From positions 6,386,001 to 6,450,000 of the forward strand of contig JAQFVV010000006.1 in assembly GCA_028023455.1 (NCBI GenBank): a stretch of 64,000 nucleotides of DNA. The letters run 5' to 3'. The notes beneath the pieces were generated by a model. That model was given only the letters and a program-made list of their open reading frames with translations, had not been told where the DNA came from and did no database searches. The DNA is from Epiperipatus broadwayi (lineage: Eukaryota; Animalia; Onychophora). This document shows positions 52,385 through 62,100 of the stretch, piece after piece; the first letter of the stretch is position 1, and each line of letters starts with the position of its first letter. Made by a program: the position numbers and the translations under genes.

Positions 52385-53901
52385 ACTAGATGGGTACTGA
52401 TGTGCTACATACAATATAAAGCAGCATTCATCAATAGAAAAGAGGGCATCTAAGTTTATGATTTAACGTATTTTAAAGGATAAACCCTTTCAATAAGAGT
52501 ATCATTTAATAAACTCCCCATCTAAATCAATATTTAAACCATAATTGCTTTCACTTGTTTTGCAAAGAATAAACAACCAACATGGATATCTTCATTTTTT
52601 AATTGAGAATATATTTTTGCTTTAGAAGCAATAATCCACTCTATTGACTCTATTCCACAACTTTTTATTGTGTGAATAAGTAATTAATGGACATTAGTGC
52701 TATATCCAAACCCCCATACTAGTTTTTGACTACTGACTTTGCTCAGTGGTATTTTATTTGGTGTAAGCAGATCTATCTATATTTTAAATGCAATGCAGAC
52801 TAATTATTAAGCAAAGGGGAACAAATGCCATGGTTAAGCAATTTAAAGTATGCGGCTATTATGATGTTTATTGAATAATATTAGAAATGTGAACGTTTAA
52901 GCACTTTTTATCACATTCTTTAATTAAACTGATCTTGTAAATTTTGTATTGTAATCATCCATAAATTCAAAATGTTGCTACAATATCGACATCTTATATC
53001 GTATTTAAATAAAGAGTTAATAGATGGCACTTAAATGCTCTCATCCATGATAACGCTGGTAATAGTTTTAGAAAAAAAGTTAGCAGTAAATTTTTTTGGA
53101 ATATTACACCAGAAAAGTTAGTTGAGCCTATTTGTGCCACAAAGATTAAGGGGCATATGTGCCGTTATGAAATTTATTTAATTAGATTAGTAAAATGTAG
53201 TGGGAGCTCTAGTCAATCTTGCCTCATTGAAATTTAATTTTATGATATCTATGGAAATTAAATTTATACAGATACATTATTTTGTTAAATTAAACTTTAA
53301 TGAGTAAATTTATGAACTCTTTATCTCTGCGAATGTAATATATATACAAATACACAAACTGTATTAAGAGCAAAGCTATAGTAACAATAAAAATATTGTG
53401 GTGCTTAACACACATTCATCAGATAAAAGTCATAGATGTAACAATGCTTGTAACAGAGTTAACGCAGTGACGCCAAGTGAAAGGTCAAAGAGGTTTGACA
53501 CATTTCCAAGAACAATTATGCCATCAACAGGAAAAAATCTTGTGTTCCTCTTTCTAAAAAGTGGCTTGATTTAACTAATTAAAGCATTATGCAAATAATA
53601 TGCTAATTTGTTAAACAGGGTCTTATTCCCTTACCTTTGTTACAAGCATTGCTATATCTATGGTAGTTATCTGTCAAAAGCATGCTAAGCTCTATTGTAT
53701 TTTTATTGTTAATAAAGATTTGCTCAATTAAACATATATAAATGCAACATTAGTTTGTTATAAACATCAAAAGCTGAGCTTACATTAGTAAGAGAAAATA
53801 GCTGAATAACTTATTCTCTAAACATTACATCTATTATCTAATTAGCGCAAAGGCTCACAGAAATAACAACGTTTGGATAATGTATAGCAGTTTATCATTT
53901 G

Positions 53902-54493
53902 CATGAAGGTTTATGATGATGATATTTTAGAAGTGATAATATGTTGGACTATTTCCATCATCTATCATTAAATGTCTAGAAATTTTTCATCTTTATTTAA
54001 ACTTTTCAAATACAAACTTGTTAGTAATAACGTGCATGTAAACAACACAGGTTAGTAATTACACAATGTTATGAGTGGTGTTATTCTCTTTTCTTCAGGG
54101 GTTGCTGGCTTGATCAGTGACAATATTAGTGTAGGAGTTGAACTTACATCTTAGATTCTCAAATAATGAATTTTAAGGCAATGCTCTAACTAACTGAACT
54201 ATCCTGGCAAAGATTTTGAATAGCTCGGTTAGAGCATTGTTTTAAAATTTAATATTGGAGAATCTAAAAGTGTAAGTTCAACTCCTGTGCTAATATTGTC
54301 ACTAGTCAGGCCATCACACCTGTAGAAGAATGAAAAATAATACTACTCAAAACATTGTGTAATTACTAACCAGTATTGTCTATTTGTGTGTTATTACTAA
54401 TATGTTGTTTGCATTATAAAAGTTTAAATAAAGTTTACAATTTTCTAGACATTCAACATTTAGATGATGGCAATAGTCCAAGTTATTATCACA
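53902..54493. mobile_element. Family C fold-back (~260-bp arms, ~35-bp spacer), both HHRs decayed
   Basis: ~53932-54191 is mirrored by ~54226-54493. Degenerate HHRs near 54061-54100 (-) and 54316-54360 (+, CTGTAGA/AAAA). Confidence 0.8.
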
Positions 54494-54497
54494 TATA

Positions 54498-55540
54498 TAA
54501 TTAATTACAATTGTGCTTTACGCAAAAAAGTGAAGCTTGACTAAAATATTATATATGGCTTAGCGCTTTCAGAGACTTCAAGTCTCCATATTTTTAGCCT
54601 TATTTAATTAAAGTTTATTTATTCAAAATTTATGCAAAATTATAAAGCCCAATTTCTGGAGATTGCAAAGCACGACTCCTTGCAGTTTATTGCACAGTTG
54701 TCACATGCAATAAAGCCTGCTTCCTTAATTTTTTGCTTCACATCGTTATGTTCTGTGCACGGTGCTCTTGCCACAGTGGGCTCGAACCCATGGCCTGTCG
54801 CCTTTTGGTGCTCGAGGAATATAGATTTGTTTTCCGCATTATTTATAGCTCTCCGGTACAAATAATGATGTTGAGATGTTCTTGTTGTAATGTTGGCACG
54901 GGTCTCTCCATAATATGTTGCTCTACATCCATTGGTTGGGCATGAAATCCTAAAAACTGCTTGGGCTATTTGATCAGAAGGTATTTTGTCTTTGGTATTG
55001 TTTATCATTCTGTTTGTTGAAGGTGGGGTGTAGAATCCTAGTTCAAAGGACTCAGCAAATATTTTATAATATTTCCCAGCCACTGATGGTATGTAAGGTA
55101 GCAGTATTCTGGGTTTATTATTTTTCATCGTGTCAGTTTGCAACTTAGTTTGAAATTGCCTGATCTTTTTGTAGATAATGTTGTGTGAAAATCCAACATT
55201 TTCTAGCTCTTTAATATAATTTGTGAGGTTCTTTTTGCAGTCAGCTTCAAATTTACATAGTTTGTGATTTCTGTGCAGGAAGGAATTGAGTCCAGCTAAT
55301 TTATGTGAATTGGGCGAGTTCAAATTTGGATGTATAAATCCTCGAATTTCTACTGGCTTGACCATCATTGCATAGGTAAGTTGGTGTGGATCTCTATGAA
55401 CTCAAATAGCCAAATATTTAACATTGTGCTGGAGGTTTTCAGATGTGCAGTTAATTGTTAAGGAAGTTTGTGTTTGTAGCCATATATAATATTTTAGTCA
55501 AGCTTCACTTTTTTGCGTAAAGCGCAATTGTAATTAATTA
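54498..55540 (-). mobile_element. 5'-truncated Penelope-like element (EN+) with 63-bp inverted termini
   Basis: 54498-54560 is the reverse complement of 55478-55540 with one mismatch. It encloses a minus-strand ORF with a GIY-YIG endonuclease, and an HHR-like remnant lies at 54557-54599. Confidence 0.88.
54640..55368 (-). pseudogene. PLE RT thumb/linker plus GIY-YIG endonuclease, uninterrupted 242-aa C-terminal fragment
   Basis: HPN..SP.SHKL and ILLPYIP, then VFRISCPTNGC..TYYGET..TR..QH..EH..TGH: a GIY-YIG with the intervening CC and downstream HH typical of PLE endonucleases. Confidence 0.85.
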
Positions 55541-56035
55541 CTACTCAGAGGTGAAGTAGAAAATTAGTATTTTATCACATGTATAGTAGCTTTTCTCAAT
55601 CTTAGGGTCTGTCGAAATTTTTATGAGTCATAAAATGGTAGAAGACAGACAGAAAACAACAGAGTCGTTTATTCTGTTTTTATTTTCTAATAAAATTGAT
55701 TATTTTGTTAATTTGTTTTCCCAGCAAATAAAATAAATATAATACAAATTTTTTTTTAGTGAGTCTTATTTTTGACATGGTCAGTTTGGCCTTATTATTG
55801 TAATTATTTGATTTGAACAGATAGTAAAGATTCAAGCAGCACCCTTTTATTTGGGTCATGTGCCAATATAAACAAATTTTTTGGATCACAGTGTAAAAAG
55901 GTTGATGCCCTAAAGCAGTGACTTTGGGAGAGATTAATTTTTACCTTCTTAGTTCCTTCTCTCGTGGTTTTCTCTGTGATACTCTTACTATCATAATTTT
56001 ATATCAAATTCAAGAATTTCCCAATTAATTAGTCA

Positions 56036-56146
56036 TCAAGTGTTGTTATCCAAGAGGTCATCGCAGCTGCCTTGCAAGCAAGCACTTGTTTGCAGATGGT
56101 TGTGGGTTCGCCTCCTGTCCGATGCTATGACATATAGGGAAAAAAA
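56036..56146 (+). mobile_element. SINE family 2
   Basis: CAAGAGGTCATCGCAGCTGCCTTGCAAGC...GGGTTCGCCTCCTGTCCGATGCTATGACA plus A-tail. Confidence 0.75.
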
Positions 56147-56334
56147 TCATTAATTAGTGGACGAACTTTGCACACTAACTTATGATTGTCCTCCAGAGTA
56201 TAAAATCTTGTTTCTAGAATTCAAGTAATCAGGATGTTGTTTAAAAAAACATCAGAATCCAAAGGTTATTTAATAAACACTATTATTATTTAAAGAACAC
56301 TATTGTTCTCATATTCTGCTATTAAAAAGTAATC

Positions 56335-56450
56335 AAAGAGTTTGTTGCTCATGAGTTCATAAGAAGTTTGAACACTGAAAATGATATCTGGGCCACAATA
56401 ATGAACTTTAAGTTTCAGAATCTGTCACTCAAACACTGCACCAAATCACA
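56335..56450 (-). mobile_element. SINE family 1
   Basis: TTGTTGCTCATGAGTTCATAAGAAGTTTGA tail and CACTGCACCAAATC head end. Confidence 0.6.
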
Positions 56451-56659
56451 AAGGGCAACTTCCATTATACGGAAAATGCTATTGTTTTGATAAAATGCAT
56501 GGTATTAATGAGACAAACCAATATCTTTGTTTACATTTTTCATATATTCCCATCCTCTAACTTTATTTATAGGGTTATCCACCCTTATTAGATGTTTATT
56601 CGCACAATTAATTAATGAACACACATCACAATTGTTATATAATGAGTGTGAATAGCTCT

Positions 56660-56975
56660 TAACAAACTTTTCCAAATATCCCTATCCCCAGCCCAGTTTC
56701 TAGCTGTTGTTTGTCATCAGTGAGGTGCTAGGATATTCAGACAATAGATCTAAAAATACTAAATCAAGACCAGCATTTATCTAATAGTTAGCTATTAAGT
56801 AGAAAATCTGAAAATTTCAGACATATATGTCTTTAAATCCATCTAACTTAAATAGTCATATGGAGCTGAACTAAGTTCAGATACACCATGTATTAACAGC
56901 TTTAATAATATAACATCACTAAAACCTCAAAAGCAAAACTATAATTGCAAGGAAATTAAGCCATACATTAATCAA
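56660..56975 (-). mobile_element. Family A2-related element with canonical-core HHR remnant
   Basis: Homologous to the reverse complement of 10380-10700. Minus strand CCTCA-CTGATGA-..-GAAA-CTGG-GC-TGGGG at 56686-56725 (triplet lost). Confidence 0.65.
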
Positions 56976-57279
56976 ATTATAAATTAAGTAACGTGGTGTG
57001 TGATTTGATTTCTTTTCAACACATCACAATATTTATTTGTAGAAACTTGTAAATTCATTTTTATTATGTCAGTCATTATTTAGTTTATAACCTGTAAAAA
57101 ATAATCAATTACTACTATGACCCATTTAACTTTTTTGTCCCCATATTTCTTTGAGACTGAAATTATGGGTATTTGTAGATATATGAACGTGAAACGAAAG
57201 TAACTAACGCTCTCCCCACGAACTATGTTTAATCTTTTAATCGTGTATCAAAAAATGAACAATGGTATCACATATTAAA

Positions 57280-57651
57280 CCACTAAACATCACATGATCA
57301 CCATTCTTTATGCTTACACAAGCTATTTACACAGGAGTCTAAACTCTACTATAATGCCATTCTGTGCAAGCCAGAGTAATCAATGGATACAAGAAGGTTT
57401 TTGCATAAAATCTCTATGTAGGGCTTACTCCTCCAATATCCCCAAACTAGTTTCAAGGTTGTGGATGTCATCAGTGAGAAGCTTGGATCTGAGATCTAAA
57501 CCTCACTGATGAAAGCCACAAGCTAGAAACTAGTCTGGGGATATTGGATAAGTAGGCACTAGATAGAGATTTTATGCAAAAAACCTTGCATTTATGGTTT
57601 ACTCTGGCTTGCACAGAATGGTGCTACTGTATGGAAAGTTTAGCCTCTGTG
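57280..57651. mobile_element. Family A fold-back with back-to-back HHRs
   Basis: Minus arm 57280-57493 (HHR 57440-57478) and plus arm 57501-57651. Confidence 0.88.
57501..57540 (+). ncRNA. Minimal type I hammerhead, family A, intact
   Basis: CCTCA-CTGATGA-A-AGC/CACAA/GCT-A-GAAA-CTAG-TC-TGGGG. Confidence 0.88.
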
Positions 57652-58804
57652 ACATCACATATTCCTTTAGCTTTTATAATATCTAAGCATCATTCAATAA
57701 TATGTTAGTGCCATACTGTATCCTCCCCTATTTGTAAACTGGGTTTAAACTAATGATGCCACCTATTTCCTTAATTTTGGTGTTATTTAAATGCTGTACT
57801 TAAATTCTGGTGAATATACAAAGTTCATGCTCTGTGTTATAACCCGTCAATAAATATATGCTTAAATACCATCAAAACTAAAGAAATAGATGTTATTTTT
57901 TGTTTATTGACAGTAATTATTGGTTTACACATAGCTTATGAAGGATTTAAGTTCCTTCTATTTCAATTTCATATAAGTTAAACTAAGATTATTTATATAT
58001 AGATTTGTGGACGTATTTTTAATAATTTGAAAAGATATTATTCTAAATGATTATAAATGTTAAAATAACAGTAACTGCTAGTTAAATCATTTAGAAGTAA
58101 TTTTAAAAATTGTTTTAAAAAGTTTATCTTAAAATATTATTTTCATCTTATACTATCAAATTTTAATTTTAATGATATTTGAGATGTTAAACATTTCACA
58201 AAAATATGGTAAACAAATGAGAAAAAAATACACATCTTTAATAAATCATCACCATATTTATATAGTCATTTTTATTCATTTATGTTATTTTTATTTTTAA
58301 AATAAATTCTAAAATAAATCCCCCCCCCCCTTCCATAATTCCTTACTAAAGAGCTGTGACGGAAAAGGCAGTATTAAACCAGAAATTCCAATAGTCACCT
58401 AATGAAACTGAATAATTTTCCATTCTTCTTTCACTGGCCAAAAATAGCTAGACATCCACTGTCCGATCAATATTGCATGGTTACTTAGTTTACCTTAGCT
58501 ATTAGAGGAGAAAATCCCAAACTTCAAAATTTTTTTTAGTTTTATCCAGCATAGATTCAAACCCCAGATCATAAATACAGCAGAAAATGTGCTCTCTCTA
58601 CACTATTAGCAGCAATAAATAATATAACAATATTGTCTGAAAGTTTGTGATGATGGTATATTATTAGATGGGATATGTTGAACTATTTCCATCATCTGTG
58701 GGTGAATGTTGAATGTACAGAAATTTTTAAATTTTATTTAAACTTTTCAAATACCAACAACTTGTTAATAATAACACACAATTAGACAACACCGATTAGT
58801 AACT

Positions 58805-58849
58805 ACACAACATTTCGAGTAGTATTAGTCTCCACTCTTCTTCAGGTGT
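58805..58849 (-). ncRNA. Minimal type I hammerhead, family C
   Basis: Minus strand ACAC-CTGAAGA-A-GAGTGG/AGACTAATA/CTACTC-GAAA-TG-TT-GTGT. 6-bp stem II; ATGT inferred to derive from ACGT. Confidence 0.8.
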
Positions 58850-58956
58850 TGTGCTCAGTTGGTTAGATCGTTTGCCTTAAATTCGATATTCAAGAATCTA
58901 AAGGTGCGAGTTCAACTTCTATGCAAATATTGTCACTGTGCATATCAGGCCAGCAT

Positions 58957-58994
58957 CACCTGAAGAAGAATAGAGATATACTCGAAACATTGTG
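58957..58994 (+). ncRNA. Family C hammerhead (stem II partly deleted)
   Basis: CAC-CTGAAGA-AGAATAGAGATATACTC-GAAA-CA-TT-GTG. Confidence 0.65.
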
Positions 58995-59384
58995 CAATCA
59001 CTAACCTGTGTTGTCTAATTGTGTGATATTACTAACAAGTTGTTTGTATTTGAAAAGTTTAAGTTTAAAATTTTCTGAGCATTCATCATCCACTCACAGA
59101 TGATGGAAATAATCCAACATATCACATCTAATAACAATATTGTTACTTGAATAAAATTAAAATTATGAGCCCAAGGCAGTCACATGATACCTAGGCATCA
59201 AAATGACAAAGATTTCTTTCTAAAGCAAAAATAGTACAGTATTTCATTTCACCACTTCGCTGAATTGAATTTTTCATATTTCTATAATAGGTCCTTCATT
59301 CCATTTTTGTAAACCCAAACTCTTCTAAAAATATAAAGAAACTAATTTTATTTAAAATTAAAAGCATAAAGCTAAACTAATCAA

Positions 59385-59812
59385 TAAATAATCAAAATTA
59401 CACGAAATTCACAACTCAATGAGACTAGCCAAGAAAATAAAATCTAAAACACTACCAATAGTTCACTGCTACAAGCAGATTTCTCAAGTGTAAAGAACTA
59501 CAAAATAATATATTTAAACTAAACATTACCCACAATTCCACTTACCTCCCATACACCCTTAATATTCCCATCTACCCTTAATATTAAAAAAACTTTTACA
59601 TAAGTGAACTGCTTCAGAATCACAAGTTCTTTTAATATTAAGGGTTTCTGGGAGGTAAGTGGAATTGTGAGTAATGTGTAGTTTAAATATGTTATTTTGT
59701 AGTTCTTTACACTTGAGAAATCTGCTTGTATCAGTGAAACCATTGGTAGTGTTTTAGGGTTTACTGTCTTGGCTAGTCTGGTTGAGTTGTGAATTTGGTG
59801 TAATTTTAATTT
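59385..59812. repeat. Fold-back element E (~165-bp inverted arms, ~100-bp spacer)
   Basis: AAATTCACAACTCAA..GACTAGCCAAGA..CCACAATTCCACTTACCTCCC is mirrored by GGGAGGTAAGTGGAATTGTG..TCTTGGCTAGTC..TTGAGTTGTGAATTT. Confidence 0.85.
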
Positions 59813-60111
59813 TATTTAGTAGCTATAATTTATTTACATTATAAATACTTATATATATAATTTAATTTAGTTGTAACAATGGAAAACTTTAATATATAAA
59901 TATATGTTTACTTTTTTATATCAGAAGACTTTTTTTTTATTTCAGTAATTAAAATAATTTGTTCTTATTGGTTAACTTTTTTGCTTCAATTGCAGGTTAT
60001 CATTCCATTTAGCAATCTAATGTAATCTTTCTTTAAAATCATGGACCTTTTAAAAAATGTATTCTTTCTCTTTCATTGATATCTCTTTTCTCTTCTCTAT
60101 TTATCCCAGAT

Positions 60112-60215
60112 GCAAAACTCTATAGTGCCACCTAGTGCAAGTCAGAATGATTAATGGATGCAAGAAGGTTTGTGCACAAAATCCCTATCTAGTGCCTACT
60201 TATCCAATATCCCCC
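60112..60215 (-). mobile_element. Family A fragment (segment downstream of the HHR)
   Basis: GCAAAACTCTATAGTGCCACC...AAAATCCCTATCTAGTGCCTACTTATCCAATATCCCC. Confidence 0.75.
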
Positions 60216-60884
60216 GATTAATTTAGCAGTCAGATGTAATCTTTTTTAAAGATCAGTTGTAGCAATGATCATATATTAAATAGTTATTGAATTTAGGATT
60301 AAAAAACAGGCAGCTCATGCAATTAAGCTTTTAAATTTATAAGTATTTATTAAGTATTCTTTTATTTAAAAAAATTGACAAATTGCTCTGCACTACACAT
60401 GTATATCAGGAATAATGTTCATCATCGGCTGCCTTTGAACATTGTTCACAGTCACACAATTATGTTAAATGGACAATAATAATTATATTCACTATCACAT
60501 GTTAAGGTCTCCATTCTGGTGCAAAACAATTCATTATCTCTGTGTAGGATTAATACAAACAAAATTCAGACATAAGACTAATCCAAAAAGTTGTTGAAAA
60601 TTTTTACTTCTACTAAAAATGCATTGCCTTATTAAGAGCTGCCATTAAAAAGACTTGTTATTTTAATTAATCCTATTTGAAAAAATAGCTTGATAATGTG
60701 TTATCCGTTTCATGAGCTGACTGCTCATTTTCTCTTCACTTCTATTGTTAAAGGGGACATAGTAGTCATATACTTTATGGTCAAAAAGACCCTTGCCTAC
60801 ACTTTGTATCAACTACGATCTCCTCTCTCTATTCAAACAGTTTATAGTAAGCTTGAGTAATGAGTAATTAGCAGATAATAGTTC

Positions 60885-61215
60885 AATCACTTTCAACCAT
60901 TACTGATCTAGTTTAGAATGAAGGGCTCTAAGTTTATTTCAGTTTACTCTGATCTTAACTTCCTCTTTTCCATAACACATTAGGAAATTTCCTTATTTTA
61001 TCCATCCATCTCACGTGTGGTCTCTTTCTTGGTCTTTTACAATCACTTGGAATTCGATTTAGTGCATTACCTGTCTATTACTATCTTTCCTAATAATAGG
61101 TTCAGCCCAGCTCCATATGTCTCTTCTTTCAATACAGTGTTACCTATTAGTTCTCTCATCAATCATCCACATATTGCATTTCCAATTTTTCCTTATTATT
61201 TAATAGTTTAAGTAG
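60885..61215 (-). mobile_element. Decayed RTE LINE 3' region
   Basis: Minus strand GATTGTAAAAGACCAAGAAAGAGACCACACGTGAGATGGATGGAT matches 6605-6652. Confidence 0.75.
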
Positions 61216-61977
61216 ATATTTAATTGCCCTGTCATCTGATCACCATTTGATTGTTCAAGATTATATCAGATGGCTCTAGAATCGAGAAGAGGAAAACTGG
61301 TCCTGATTATAATACTGTAGTAAACTGAAAGAATCAACTGAGCGTTCTCTTAGTTTTGCCAAATGACTGTGTTCAGATTTGTTTATCATTGTGGCTATCT
61401 TCAGCTCCAAGACTGATAACTTTACAGCTTCCCTCACTGATTATGACTTCTTAAAATCTTTTGTCTAAGAATAGATATTTGTTTTCTGGCCAATTCCGTG
61501 GGATTATTGTATATATGGCCATATAGATAGTTGCTTAGAAGGTTGTATAATGTTTGAGTACCCAAATGTCAAGTTGAGCTTAAGACTTTCATCCAATGAA
61601 ATCTCTTCATTTTTGGAACTACCATTCTATTATTGCATTGAGCATAAGACTTTCATCCAATGAAATCTCTTCATTTTTGGAACCGCCATTCTACTGCATT
61701 AAGCTATATGGATCTTTAGCATATATACTATCACCATCTTTTTTCAATTTTTTTTTTACTCTACTCTTCAATATCTTAGGTGATTGCAGAATCTGGTGGC
61801 AAACATGCTCTCAGGATATTCATTATCTCTTTGCTCACTCTATGTCCATGCAATTGTATGTTTGTGTAAGATTTACAGCAATTCTGCTTTCAGTCCTTGT
61901 TTTCTTTTTTAACATTTAATTCCTTATTTCTTTTCTCTTTTGCTTTTCTTCTGTGGTTAGTATGAATTCTGCTAGGA

Positions 61978-62100
61978 ATATATTTATTGTTCAAGAGTTC
62001 ATAAAAAGTTTTAGCATTGGAAGTGACAGACCTGGATTGTGGTCCTTGTATCTTCAATTCCAGAATCTACCACCCCACCACTGCATCAAATCATACAGAA
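61978..62100 (-). mobile_element. SINE family 1
   Basis: TTTATTGTTCAAGAGTTCATAAAAAGTTTT tail and CCACTGCATCAAATC head end. Confidence 0.6.

Larger units (their letters stand above)
58637..59131. mobile_element. Family C fold-back with two HHRs and a 12-bp TSD
   Basis: Minus arm 58637-58851, plus arm ~58853-59131. TAACAATATTGT at 58625-58636 and 59132-59143. Confidence 0.88.

Noticed and set aside
54632-54945. Plus-strand ORFs 54632-54865 and 54733-54945
   Set aside because: They are antisense shadows of the PLE endonuclease ORF.
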